A stretch of DNA of 64,000 bases, from positions 125,984,001-126,048,000 of the forward strand of contig OZ024741.1 in assembly GCA_964016885.1 (NCBI GenBank), given 5' to 3'. Under the pieces are notes generated by a model. That model did no database searches. It saw nothing but the letters and a program-made list of their open reading frames with translations, and was not told the origin of the DNA. This stretch comes from Eledone cirrhosa (taxonomy: Eukaryota). A program made the position numbers and the translations under genes. The number at the start of each line of letters is the position of its first letter. Position 1 is the stretch's first letter. Positions 40,531 to 54,155 of the stretch are shown in pieces.

Positions 40531-40567
<37 letters not shown>

Positions 40568-40584
40568 AATACACACACACACAG

Positions 40585-40634
<50 letters not shown>

Positions 40635-40666
40635 CGTGTGTATATATATATATATACCGTACATTG

Positions 40667-40719
<53 letters not shown>

Positions 40720-40732
40720 CACACACACACAG

Positions 40733-40780
<48 letters not shown>

Positions 40781-40835
40781 CGAAACATAAGTCAATTGCA
40801 TGAACTCATAATCCTTTATTTACTGCTATATATAT

Positions 40836-40878
<43 letters not shown>

Positions 40879-41165
40879 AACTCTTTCACTCTCTCTCTCT
40901 ATATGTCTCTGTGTATCCCCCCCCACCACTTTCTCTACCTCAGGAAGAATAGAAGAATACTTTGAGTAAGCTAGACGCCTGGTGGAAGATTCAAATTTCA
41001 TGATTACCATATATAGCTTGCCCTCTCGCTCTCTTCACATAACACACACACATGTAGAATATATATATATATATATATATATAATGTCTCTCCCTCTCTC
41101 TCTCTCTGTATATATATGTATATAATATATATGTATATACAGTTATATATATGTATATACAGGTG

Positions 41166-41217
<52 letters not shown>

Positions 41218-41539
41218 CAGTTATATATATATATACAGTTGTTCCCCAGTATTCGCGGGTTTACGTTCCTAGAACACCCGCGAAGAGTGAAAAACCGCGA
41301 ACATTGGACGAGAACCATGACGTCAAAACATGCGGTATATTGTTATTAATAATTTAGTGATAAAAAGCGTGAAAAAGATATACTTTGTCTGTCACGAAAA
41401 AACCATAAGAATTCGCGGAAGACATTTACGATTCCGCGAATATGTGGTAGTTTTACGAACAATTATTAGTTAGGTTCTAAGGAAAATTCCGCGAAAAACT
41501 GGGGCCGTGAATGTCGTGACCCTGAATGCCGGGGGTACA

Positions 41540-41589
<50 letters not shown>

Positions 41590-41616
41590 GTATCTATAAA
41601 GAAAGATATCGATATT

Positions 41617-42171
41617 CATGTGCAACCATGCAGTATTCTCCCCATATTTTTCATATATTTACCTAAACTGCAATTTTCTGTTTCTCTCTGCTCTCTTACT
41701 GCTCCCTCGTTCTCTCTGTTTCTCTTACCTTCTTTCGTCCCCTCTGTCAGTTGACACTTTCTCTCGACTGACCTCTTCCTCGCACTTCCACTCACTCACT
41801 CTCTGTTTCTCCCCTTCTCACTTCCTCCCGTTCGCTAGGAGTCGGATCTTTCTTTCTCACATCCCATTCACAGCGAAAGGTCTGTTTGCTAAACGCTCAT
41901 GAATTCACCCAGTTTACGCTGATCGAATAACCATATTGCTTGTTTTCTTCCCATCTTCGGTTAGCCTTTCTTCGATGTTGTTCACTTGTCTCACTCGCTT
42001 TACGCGTTTCACTTGTCCCAATAGCTTATTTTAGTTATTGCTCGCACCAACGTGAGGTATATGATTTTTAATGCGATGAAATACCAATGATCGTTGGCAA
42101 ATCACTGATGAGGGACTAATTTTATAATATGTAATCCATGTGCAACCATGCAGTATTCTTCTCCCCATATT

Positions 42172-42181
<10 letters not shown>
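41617..42181 (+). mobile_element. Non-coding element with about 42-bp terminal direct repeats (putative pLTR remnant)
   Basis: CATGTGCAACCATGCAGTATTCT..CCCCATATTTTTCATATAT at 41617 and 42137; CTGATGA-gggac half core at 42105. Confidence 0.6.
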
Positions 42182-42200
<19 letters not shown>

Positions 42201-42207
<7 letters not shown>

Positions 42208-42537
42208 TAAAATAACAGATTAAAGTTTAAGCAAAGAATCGCTGCTTTCACCCTTAACGGGATCTTCTGAAACTAACAAAGTCAATCTGTTACCACGAAC
42301 CAAAGTATCGTCTTCCTGTCTTCCTCCGGTTGCAACGTTTTTTGAAATATCCAGTTCTGCGTTTACAGATTGACTTTGTTAGTTTCAGAAGATCCCGTTA
42401 AGGGTGAAAGCAGCGATTCTTCGCTTAAACTTTAATCTGTTATTTTAATAAATATTTGCTCTACGGTTCTTATATATTTGATATATATTTTCCTTATCGA
42501 GCCCTCTTTGGATTTTAGTCTTCAATTTTATTATTAT

Positions 42538-42540
<3 letters not shown>
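42201..42540. mobile_element. Fold-back mini-element with CAGAAGA-variant hammerheads (single-arm copy at 54187-54440 on -)
   Basis: 90-bp arms 42201-42290 and 42365-42454, right-only tail; (TA)n flanks. Confidence 0.8.
42381..42431 (+). ncRNA. Hammerhead-like motif, U4A core variant (copies 42224-42274(-) and 54210-54260(-))
   Basis: agttt CAGAAGA tccc gttaa gggt GAAA gcagcgattcttcgc TT aaact; perfect 5-bp stem I. Confidence 0.6.
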
Positions 42541-42611
<71 letters not shown>

Positions 42612-42729
42612 GTATACACACACACATATATATGTATATTACATTGGGTGTTTAAAATACAATAGTTCTTCAAGCATTTATTAAATGAGTACTCAATATT
42701 TTGGGGTAGAATGTAAATTTTCTGTGATG

Positions 42730-45150
42730 TGGAAGATGTGGAGGTAATGGTGATGGTGGTGTTGGTGGTGATTTTGATAGTGGAGGTTTTGGTAGTGGTT
42801 GTGGTGGTGATAGAAGTGTTGGTAATGGTGGAATTGATGGTGAAGGTAGTGTTGGTGGTGTTGATGGTGATAGTGGTGTTGGTGGTGTTAATGGTGGAGG
42901 TAGTGTTGGTGGTGTTGATGGTGTAGGTAGTGTTGGTGGTGTTGATGGTGTTGGTGGTGTTAATGGTGGAGGTAGTGTTGGTGGTGTTGATGGTGTAGGT
43001 AGTGTTGGTGGTGTTGATGGTGTTGGTGGTGTTAATGGTGGAGGTAGTGTTGGTAGTGTTGATGGTGGAGGTAGTGTTGGTGGTGTTGATGGTGTTGGTG
43101 GTGTTAATGGTGGAGGTAGTGTTGGTAGTGTTGATGGTGGAGGTAGTGTTGGTGGTGTTGATGGTGTTGGTGGTGTTAATGGTGGAGGTAGTGATGGTGG
43201 TGTTAATGGTGGAGGTAGTGTTGGTGGTGTTGATGGTGTTGGTGGTGTTAATGGTGGAGGTAGTGTTGGTGGTGTTGATGGTGTAGGTAGTGTTGGTGGT
43301 GTTGATGGTGTTGGTGGTGTTAATGGTGGAGGTAGTGTTGGTAGTGTTGATGGTGGAGGTAGTGTTGGTGGTGTTGATGGTGTTGGTGGTGTTAATGGTG
43401 GAGGTAGTGTTGGTAGTGTTGATGGTGGAGGTAGTGTTGGTAGTGTTGATGGTGTTGGTGGTGTTAATGGTGGAGGTAGTGTTGGTAGTGTTGATGGTGG
43501 TGTTAATGGTGGAGGTAGTGTTGGTGGTGTTGATGGTGGAGGTAGTGTTGGTGGTGTTGATGGTGGAGGTAGTGTTGATGGTGTTGATGGTGTTGGTGGT
43601 GTTAATGGTGGAGGTAGTGTTGGTAGTGTTGATGGTGGAGGTAGTGTTGGTGGTGTTGATGGTGTTGGTGGTGTTAATGGTGGAGGTAGTGTTGGTAGTG
43701 TTGATGGTGGAGGTAGTGTGTTGGTAGTGTTGATGGTGTTGATGGTGTTGGTGGTGTTAATGGTGGAGGTAGTGTTGGTAGTGTTGATGGTGGAGGTAGT
43801 GTTGGTGGTGTTGATGGTGTTGGTGGTGTTAATGGTGGAGGTAGTGTTGGTAGTGTTGATGGTGGAGGTAGTGTTGGTGGTGTTGGTGGTGTTAATGGTG
43901 GAGGTAGTGTTGGTAGTGTTGTTGGTGGTGTTAATGGTGGAGGTAGTGTTGGTGGTGTTGATGGTGTTGGTGGTGTTATGGTGGAGGTAGTGTTGGTAGT
44001 GTGTGGTGGTGATGGTGGAGGTGTGTTGATGGTGTTGGGTGGTGTTGATGGTGGGGTGGTTGGTGGGTGTTGGTGGTGGTGGTGGTGTGGTGGTGTGTTG
44101 GTGGTGTGGTGGTGGTGGTGGTGGGTTGTGTGGTGGTGTTGGTGGTGGTGGTGTTGTGGTGGTTTGGGTGGAGGTGGTGGTGGTGGTGGGTGTTGGTGGT
44201 GTATGGTGGGGTAGGTGGGTGGGTGGTGGTGTGTGTGGTGGTGTTGGTGGTGTTGGTGGTGTGGTGGTGTTGGTGGGTGTGGTGGTGGGGTGTTGGTGGT
44301 GTTGGTGGGGTGTGTTGGTGGTGTTATGGTGGGGTGGTGGTGGTGGGTGGTGGTTGGTGGTGGTGGTGTTGGTGGTGTTGGTGGTGGTGGTGGTGTGGTG
44401 GGGTGTTGGTGGTGTGTTGGTGGGTGGGAGGTAGTGTGGTGGTGTTGATGGTGGGTGTTGGTGGGTGTGTTGGTGGTGGTGGTGGTGGTGGGGTGTGTGG
44501 TGGTGTGAGGGTGGTTGGTGGTGTTGGTGGTGGTGTGGTGGTGTTAGGTGGTGGTGGTGTTGGTGGTGTTGGTGGTGTTGGTGGGTGTTGGTGGTGTTGG
44601 TGGTGAGTGGTGGTGGTGGTGTTGGTGGTGTTATGGTGGTGGTGTTGGTGGGTGTGTGGTGGTGTGTGGGTGTTGGTGGTGTTGGTGGTGTATGGTGGAG
44701 GTAGTGTTGGTGGTGTTGGTGGGTGTGGTGTGTTGGTGGTGGTGGTGTGTGGTGGTGGTGGTGTTGGTGGTGGTGTGGTGGTGTTATGGTGGAGGTAGTG
44801 TTGGTGGTGTTGATGGTGTGGTGGTGTTGTGGAGGATGTTGGTGGTGTGGTGGTTGGTGGTGGTGTTATGGTGGAGGTAGTGTGGTGGTGTGATGGTGTA
44901 GGTGGGGTGTTAATGGTGGAGGTAGTGTTGGTGGTGTGTGTTGGTGGGGTGTATGGTGGAGGTAGTGTTGGTGGTGTGTGGTGGGTAGGGGTAGGTGGTG
45001 TTGATGGTGTGAGGTAGTGTTAGTGGGGTGGTAGTGGTGTGAGGTGTGGTGTGTTAATGGTGGAGGTAGTGTTGGTGATGTTGATGGTGGTGTTAATGGT
45101 GGAGGTAGTGTTGGTGGTGTTGATGGTGTCGGTGGTGTTAATGGTGGAGG
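42730..45150. repeat. GGT/GAT-rich triplet-based minisatellite
   Basis: Units such as GTGTTAATGGTGGAGGTAGTGTTGGTGGTGTTGATG; ordered to about 43980, scrambled afterwards. Confidence 0.9.
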
Positions 45151-45304
45151 TGAAGGAGGTAATCTAATGGATCATTTCTCTCTTTAAAAAGGTAGAGTAT
45201 GAATAGAGAAAGATTTGGCTGTTATTACTAGCACACTCGATCCACCTCTACATAGAGTCCTTCATTGCTTTCACAAACCTGATGTTGTTGTTGCTGTTGT
45301 TGTA

Positions 45305-45830
45305 GTTTAGCCCTCAGTCAGCCTGTAATTAATCAGACCTACGATCAAAGGGGTCTACTTTTAGCACAAGGCCAACAATTATCCCAGTGTATTACTGGTA
45401 CTTTATTTATCAACCCTGTAAGGATGAAAGGCAAAGTTAACCTCGGCGGGATAGTGACCACAATTTGTATGTCTAGCCCTCTGTCAACCCTTAATTAAAC
45501 AGACCTATGACCAAAGGTATTCTAGTAGTGACTCCTATTTCTATGTTTAGCCCTCTGTCAGCCCTTAATTAAACAGACCTATGACCAAAGGTATTCTAGT
45601 CGTGACCCCTATTTCTATGTTTAGCCCTCAGTCAGCCGATAATTGAAGAGACCTATGACCAAAGGTATTCTAGTCGTGACCCCTATTTCTATGTTTAGCC
45701 CTCAGTCAGCCCTTAATTAAACAGACCTATAACCAAAGGTATTCTGGTCGTGACCCCTATTTCTATGTTTAGCCCTGGGTCAGCCCTTAATTGAACCAAC
45801 ATATGACCAAAGGTGTTCTAGTCGTGATTA
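45305..45830. repeat. 74-bp tandem repeat (about 5-6 copies), first unit interrupted by a SINE fragment
   Basis: CTATGTTTAGCCCT recurs at 45541, 45615, 45689 and 45763. Confidence 0.85.
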
Positions 45831-47125
45831 CTATGGATTATGTATTTATTCAGTGTGTCCTTCTCTAATTAAACTGCTTGGGTGTTATTTGAAAGAGATT
45901 TGGCTGCTGTTACTAGAGGACTAAACAGCTGTGTAGTCATTATTGAGGTTGGTGTCCACGGTGCTACTACTATTAGTAACTGAATTGACCCCAGTGTTTT
46001 ACTGGTACTTGTTTTTTTGACCCCATAAGAATGAAAAGCAAAGCTAACCTCGGCAGGAATTGAACTCAGAATGTAATGGGCCATAACTCTATGCCACAAA
46101 CATGTTTTCTGATGCTCTACTGACACTGCCAATCCACCGCCCTTATATAATAATAATTGTAATAATAATCATAATAATAATAATATTTGCAGTACCACCA
46201 TCATCATCACCACCATCATAATCACCATTACCATTAACATCATAAACAACACCAACTCCACCACCCTCATTCTTATACTCCTCTTCATCATCACAATCAT
46301 CATCATCATTACTATCATTATCATCATCACCAACATAACCACTACTATCGTTATCACCATCTTCGTCATTATCCTCTTCATCATCATCATCAGCATAATC
46401 ACTATCACCAATATCATAATCATTCTCACCATCATCACTACCACCACCACCACCATCATCATTCTCAACCCCCCACCACCATTATCACCACCACCACCAC
46501 CACCATTATCATCACCACCACCACCATTATCATCATTATTCTTACCACTACGACCACCACTGCACCACCACCACCACCACCACCACCACCATTATTCTTA
46601 CCACTACGACCACCACTACACCACCACCACAACCACCACCACCATTATCACCACCACCATTACCATCATTATTCTTACCACTACGACCACCACTACAGCC
46701 ACCACCACCACCACTACAACCACCACCACCACCACCACCACCACCACCATTATCATCATTATTCTTACTACTACGACCCCCCCCCCCCCCCACCATCATC
46801 ATCATCATCAATAATAGTAGGTACTATTTGAACAACTGCCTTTTGCCTCCATAATGAATGAGACTCTTAATAAAGTATTCCCAGCTATGTAAACAACAAC
46901 AACAACAACAATTATAACACCCATAAGAGCAACTATAACTAACAACAACAACAACAGATATCCTGTGGAGAGTGTTTCTATGGAAACCCATGTGTAGGTG
47001 TTTCTTCAAAGACATGTGTTTGTATATATAGAGCCTACACACACACACACATATATATATATACATACACATATTCATACATACATACATATATATATGT
47101 GTGTGTGTATATATATATATATGTG

Positions 47126-47178
<53 letters not shown>

Positions 47179-47317
47179 ATATATATGTGTGTGTGTGTAT
47201 ACATACACATATGTATTATATGTACACACATATATATATATATATATTTATAGTATATCTATGTATGCATATATATATATGCATATTCATCTATAAATAC
47301 ATATATATATACATACA

Positions 47318-47455
<138 letters not shown>

Positions 47456-47559
47456 ACACATACATATATGATATATGTGCTAAATAAATAAACAGTTAAT
47501 TGGAAGCACCTCAAATTCCTCAGCTGATAATATTCTTTGTTCAAGAAGATGAGTTTTAA

Positions 47560-48135
47560 TTGGACATGGTTGAGAAGAGAAGATATGCCTTTTGACAAGC
47601 TTTTAATTGGGCATGGTTGAAGAGAGCAGGTATATCACTGGACATGGTTGAAGAGAGCACATATATACTATTGGATATGGTTGAAGAGAGCACATATATA
47701 CCATTGGATATGCTTGAGGAGAGCATGTATACCATTTGATATGCTTAGGAGAGCATGTATATTCCATTTGATAAGCTGAGGAGAGCAGGTGTACCATTGG
47801 ATATGGTTGAGGAAAGCAGGTATACCATTGGATATGATTGAGGAGAGCAGTTATACCATTGCATAGGGTTCAGGTGAGCATGTATACCATTGGACATGGT
47901 TGAGGTGAGCAGGTATATACAATTAGATATGGTTGAGGAGAGCATGTTTACCATTGGAAAGGGTTGAGGGGAGCAGGTATACCATTGGACAGGGTTCAGG
48001 TGAGCATGTATACCATTGGACAGGGTTGAGGTGAGCAGGTATATACCATTGGACAGGGTTGAGGTGAGCAGGTATATACCATTAGATATGGTTGAGGAGA
48101 ATGGGTATACCACTGGATATGGTTGAGAAGGTATA
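47560..48135. repeat. About 32-35-bp minisatellite
   Basis: TACCATTGGATATGGTTGAGGAGAGCAGGTA-like unit, about 17 copies. Confidence 0.85.
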
Positions 48136-48751
48136 CCATGTGGCCATGCTCTTCAACCAAAAGATCCAAGGTACTGAGTTTCATGGAGTTGTTTGTTACT
48201 GAATAATCTAAGGGGAATAATGGAGGGAGCATCATGCATGATCTCAAGGTTGCCTCTACCATTAAATTCAACTAGGCAACTGACTATGGCACAAACCTCA
48301 GAGAGGTGCATTACTGAACCTTAAAGGATCAGTTTTATATAAGGCTGGTGCTACCATCAAGATCAACTAAGCAGCCACATAGGAGACAAACCTCAGAGAG
48401 GTGTATTTCTTAATCTTAAAGGGTCAAAGTTTTATTCAAAATTTGTATAATTAAATCAAATATAAATTATTTCTTGAGATCAATAAATACATTGTCAAAC
48501 ATCTTTTCCATACAACAGCATTGTGGAAATATCCAAAGTGGTGGAGAGGGTTGTATGAGGCTATGACCTGTCACATGATTTGTTGTGGGTGTGTGTGGAT
48601 TGAGTAGTAGAAGATGCAGGCTTAGTAATTGTTTTTAGTGTGGCCAGAGCAAGAAGTGTCAAAAACTAGGTTTGTTAGTTTTTTTTTTTTGTTATTGGCT
48701 TGTGAAACTTGTAGAAAGAAGTTAGAAAGTTATTCTCAAACCAGTGTCTTG

Positions 48752-48869
48752 ATCCAAATGTATACTATAGGTACCAAATGACCAAATGTATACTATAGGT
48801 ACCAAATGACCAAATGTATACTATAGGTACCAAATGACCAAATGTATGCTAGAGGCACCAAATGACCAG
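48752..48869. repeat. 28-bp tandem repeat, about 4 copies
   Basis: GACCAAATGTATACTATAGGTACCAAAT. Confidence 0.85.
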
Positions 48870-49627
48870 GTGGTGGTAATGGTGTTTAATCAGAGAGCGG
48901 GATAGAGTCTACCACCAAATGATGTTGAGCCAATGAAGAAGCCTCTATGTGATGTACAATCCTATATATAGCAGCACTAAATTTCCCTCAAACTGTACTA
49001 AGAAACTCTTTGTAGCACCCTCAAATAATCATCATCATCATCATCATCATAGTTTTATGTCTGTTTTTCAATGTTTTCATGGGTTATATGAATGTTTTCA
49101 AGTATATCATCTCTCCACTTGTCTCTTCTTTGTCATCTCCATAACAACAACTACTACTATAACATGAATGAGCATTACCACTACCACAATAACATCAACA
49201 AGAACCACAACAATAACAACTACCATCACCATAACAAGAACCATCACTACCACCACCACCACCAAAAACAACAAGAACCACAACCACCACAAAAATAACA
49301 ACTACTACCATCACCATAACAAATACCACCACCACCACCATCACCATAACAACAAGAACCACCATAACAACATGAACTACAACCAATGCCACCACTACCA
49401 CCACCATAACAACAAGAACAACAAACACTACCACCATAACAACAAGAACCACCACCACCACTAACACCATGACAACAAGAACCACTACCACCACCTCAGC
49501 CATAGCAACAAGAACACCCACCCACCCACCCACCACCACCACCACCACCACCACCACCACCACCAAAAATGAAGAAGAAGAAGAACAGTATTGTGTAGTT
49601 ACTTAATATTTCCTATTGTATTTCCAG

Positions 49628-49779
49628 GTGAATCCTAAAGGTATTTCTGTCAAGGCTGGTCTGAAAGCAGGAGATGGTATTCTGGAGATCTGTAATGAAA
49701 ACTGTACACAGTGGAGTCATGATACAGCTAAAGCAGCTATGGTTAGAGCTGGCAATGAGATTGACTTTGTTATCCAACG
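49628..49779 (+). CDS. PDZ-domain protein, coding exon 2
   Basis: Acceptor TTTCCAG|; VNPKGISVKAGLKAGDGILEICNENCTQWSHDTAKAAMVRAGNEIDFVIQ(R) is the C-terminal half of a PDZ domain; donor CG|GTATTA, phase 2. Confidence 0.9.
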
Positions 49780-49804
49780 GTATTACTATTATCATTATTA
49801 TTTG

Positions 49805-50688
49805 CAGCATAGAGTTATGGCCCTTTACGTTCTGAGTTCAAATCCTGTTGCGGTTAACTTTGCCTTTCATCCTTACGGGGTCGATAAAATAAAGCACCAG
49901 TAATGCACTGGGATAATTGCTGACCTTGTGCCAAAAGTAGAAACAATTATAAATATTTTTATTTAAGCATCGCACAATTACGTTCTGATTACGTTCTGAG
50001 TTTAAACCGTTATTAAGGGCAGTGGATTGACAGTGTCAGTAGAGCGTTGGACAACATGCCTTGCAGCATAGACTTATGGCTCTTTCCATTCTGAGTTTGA
50101 ATCCTGTTGAGGTTACCTTTGTCTTTCATCCTTATGGGGTCGATAAAATAAAGGACAAGTAATGCACTGGGGTCGATATAATCAACTTTCCCCTCCCCCT
50201 AAATTGTTGGCCTTGTGCCTAGATCAGAACCCATTATTATTATTGGCAGAATCATTTGAGTATCACACAGAATGCTTTGCAGTATTTGTTCCTGATCTTT
50301 ACAATCTGAGTTCAAATCCCATTGAGCTCCACTTTGCCTTTCATCCTTCTGGGCTCAATAAAATAAAGTAACAGCTGATATAATTGAGTTCTCTCATACC
50401 CAAATTGTTGACCTTATGCCAAAAGTAAAAGCAATTTTTATTATTAATATCTTTATTATTACTAACTGTGTTAGATTGGCAGTATCGGTCGAGCATCAGA
50501 CAACATGCTTTGTAGCATAGAGTAATGGCCCTTTACGTTCTGAGTTCAAATCCTGCTGAGGTTAGCTTTGCCATTCATCCTTATAGAGTCGATAAAATAA
50601 AGCACCAGTAATGCACTGGGGTTGATTTAATGAACTCCTCTCACCCCCAAATTGCTGACCTTGTGCCTATAGTAGAAATCATTATTAT
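49805..50688 (+). mobile_element. Head-to-tail array of four dominant-SINE copies just after exon 2
   Basis: Cores near 49860, 50120, 50335 and 50570, separated by (ATT)n. Confidence 0.8.
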
Positions 50689-51108
50689 CTGTGTTATTCA
50701 TGGTTTGAGACATTTGCTAGGAGTTTCCTTTTTAAAACAAGAATTAGGTACATGTTACAAAACTTACATAAATATGTTCTGGCTTAACAATATTTACAGA
50801 TATTCGTACAGACACAACACCAATGTTTCTGGCAATGGATGGTCTATCACCACTTTTAATCCAGACATAATTATGAGCTCACACTTGGGTTTCCTGTGAT
50901 CCACCAGAGTAGTTTACTGGGTGGCCGTGGGTACAATAATCTAAATATCTAAATATTAGCAGGTATTTAAATTTTCTGTGGTTCACCAGAGCAGTTTACT
51001 GGCTGGCCACTGATGGCACTGTGTCATTTGCAACTATCCAACCAGGGCCAGATTTAGACCTTAGATGGGGTGAGCTCCCTCATATTACAACATATATATA
51101 TATATATA

Positions 51109-51452
51109 TGGAGGCACATGGCTTAGTGGTAAGAGCATTGGCCTTGCAATCGAAAGGTTGTGAGTTCAATTCTCAGACCGGGTGATGTGTTGTTTCCTTG
51201 AGCAAGACACTTTATTTCACATTGCTCCAGTTTCCTCAGCTGTAGAAATGAGATGATAGGGACTGGGGTCCCTATCATTCCACTGCAAAGTGGTTGTGGA
51301 GGTGCCACGGCAAAAAAGCACCCAGCACTCACTGTAAATGAGGTTGGTGTTAGGAAGGGCAACCAGCTGTAGAAATCAAGCCAGAATCTGTTCCCGTCCC
51401 ACCCTTGCAAGCAGGGAAAAGCGGACGTAAAATGAAATGATGATGATGATGA
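51109..51452 (+). mobile_element. tRNA-headed SINE with RTE-derived 3' tail
   Basis: TGGCTTAGTGG and GAGTTCAATTC boxes; tail GTTAGGAAGGGCAACCAGCTGTAGAAA..(GAT)n matches the RTE 3'UTR. Confidence 0.75.
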
Positions 51453-52221
51453 TATATATAGCAATGTCAGTAGATGTGAAAAGGAAATAGGAAAACAGTG
51501 CTCAATTGGGAAGCAGAAATATTTTATTATTTATTCATGTTCATACATGGAATAAAAGCTCTACCCAAGGATTCAAGGCCAAAAATTGACCATACCTCCA
51601 TAGCGCCTGAAGAAAGGTCACTATTTTGATGCCTCTTGTTTTCAGGAGATTTGCTCAAATTTGGGCCTTGAAACCTTCGAGAGTGCCTTTGTTCCACTTA
51701 TAAACATAAATAATATAATATAATATAATATAGTATAATATGTTTTATATATAATATATATATTAGTAAAAGGAAAAGAAAATGCTGACAAATTGTTCCC
51801 AGTGAAAAATAGTTTAATTAGGAATAAGTAAAAATTAGTAATAAGTATTGGTTAGTATTCAGTTTTAGTTTTAAGTTTTTACCGGTGCGCATTTCTAGTG
51901 CTTTTCAAAAATAATTTTGAGATAGAGCGCTCGTGATGTTTGCTCTAATCTGATCAGTTTTGGAAATTCTACCTGTTTTATGTGAAAAAAGTGGCTCCAG
52001 AGGTATTAAGATTTGGTTGGTTGTTGAATGTCACGTGAATGAGTACTATAAGTTTCGCGCCAATTTGTGTTGCAAAAATTCTTGTAGTCAAAGCAATTTT
52101 GATTGGTCGGTAGAGGTCACGTGAATGTTAAAAATTGATTTTGCGCCAAATGTAGGTTTGTCGAAGAGTGTCCTTTTTCGCCTGATTGAGAAGTCACTGA
52201 AAAATAAGTCTTTTAAGACAA

Positions 52222-52255
<34 letters not shown>

Positions 52256-52368
52256 CAGAGTGATTCATGGTAGAGGGATCGGTCAGTAGGAATGTGTCTG
52301 TATGTGTGTGGGGGATATTTTAACATGTTGAAAGATATTTTTCAGCTCTTGTATATATATATATATAT

Positions 52369-52369
<1 letters not shown>

Positions 52370-52399
<30 letters not shown>

Positions 52400-54155
52400 A
52401 CGTTTAACGTCCGTGTTCCACGCTTGCATGGGTTTGGACGGGGGTTTTCCCACTTGAGGCAAGAGTGATTGTCTTGCTCGCATAGGACTGTCTGGCGGGT
52501 TTTCTACAGCTGGATGCCCTTCCTAACACCAACCACATTTACAGTGTGGGGCTGGGAGGTTTTTACCGTGTTGCCTACATGGCCACATTACAGCGTGGAC
52601 TGTCTGGCGGGTTTTCTACAGCTGGATGCCCTTCCTAACACCAACCACATTTACAGTGTGGGGCTGGGAGGTTTTTACCGTGTTGCCTACACGGCCACAT
52701 TACAGCGTGGACTGTGTGTTTTTTTGTCGTGACACCTACACGATCTCATTTGTTTCGGCCTGGATATTGTGGCACCAACATAACTTTACATTGAAAAGGG
52801 CGGTGTGGATGGGGTGGGGGTGGTGGGACGGGGGTGTATTTTGTTAGAGATGCCTACTGACTGTAGTAGGTTTTACTTTGTATTTAGGTAAGGCGGGTCT
52901 TCTCTATTACTGAGTACCGCCAAAGGTCTCGGTCCAGTGACATTGTCTTGGAGAGGTGTAAGTGTGTGAGGTCGGAATTTCTCAGCTCGTCCCAGGTTTT
53001 TCTGGGTCTGCCTACTCCGTAGCTACTGTCTATCTTTATTGCCCTGCACTTTGTTATACAGCTGTCGTCTTTCATGCGCATCATGTGACCATACCAACGT
53101 AGCCTTCTCTCGAGTAAACAACATCTGATCCCTCTTATTTCTAATTTTTTCCTTAGTTCGCTTATGCTTTGCCGTTCACGTATGTTACTATTACACATCC
53201 AGCGGAGCATGCAAGCTTCGTTCCTCTCTAGTCTGCGTATATCCTCTGCACACAATGCCCAGGTCTCACTGCCATGCAACATTGCTGTTCGTATGCAGGC
53301 ATCATACAACCTGCCTTTCATTTTTAGGGAGAACCCTTTAGTGGCTAATAGTGGTATAAGCTCTCTGAACTTTTTCCATCCAGTTCTGACTCTAGCTACT
53401 GTACTTTCAGAGCACCCTCCCCCACTGCTGATTTTGTCACCCAGGTAACGGAAGCTGTCCACTATTTCTATAGAACCCTCTGCGCAATTGAAAGAGCTAG
53501 TATTTTGTGGGCACTTGCTGCTAATTATTGCACCAGAGCACCGGCCACATGTAAAATCTATGTTCTTAGTTAGCTTACCTGTGATCCCACTACATCTTTT
53601 ATGCACCCATACTTTGCATTTGGGACATAAAATGGAGTTTCTACCTATGCCTCTCCTACACACTGAGCATGGCCATTTCCCGGGAGGGACCGTCGCCTTA
53701 TTTTCTTTCCTACAAACTAGAACTTTAGTCTTAGCCAGGTTAATTTTAAGCCCTTTTGATTCTAGGCCATGCTTCCATGTTTGGAATTTCTTCTCTAGCT
53801 CGGCCATTGATTCAGCTATGAGCGTTAGATCATCTGCGTATAGGAGTTCCTATGGGCAGCCGGTCTTGAACTCCACTGTTATAGCCTGAAGGGCAATAAT
53901 AAATAGTAGGGGGCTAAGAACAGAGCCCTGATGTACACCAACTTTTACACTAAACTCTTCACTATATTCGTTGTTAATTCTAACCTTGCTGACTGTTTCT
54001 TTATACATGGCTTGTATAGCTCTCACAAGCCATTCGTCAGCACCTAGTTTTCTAAGAGCCCACCAGATAATGGAACGGGGGACTCTGTCGAAGGCTTTCT
54101 CCAAGTCAACAAAAGCTAAGTATAGGGGTTTACTTTTAGCTAGGTACTTCTCCTA
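52370..54155 (-). mobile_element. 5'-truncated RTE-clade LINE (RT C-terminal half + Cys-rich insert + 3'UTR, (GAT)n tail)
   Basis: LAFVDLEKAFDRVP, GVHQGSVLSP, P*ELLYADD (single in-frame stop), CSVC..CPKC..HKRC..CGRC, FRYLG, RLRWYGH, GRPRKTW. Confidence 0.92.

Noticed and set aside
43980-45050. Scrambled G/T-rich stretch with Gly/Val/Trp ORFs
   Set aside because: It lies inside an ordered minisatellite and looks like low-quality consensus or repeat decay rather than coding sequence.
51525-51705. Imperfect inverted repeat of about 55 bp containing CTGAAGA
   Set aside because: No hammerhead stems or properly placed GAAA; probably an old MITE, too decayed to classify.
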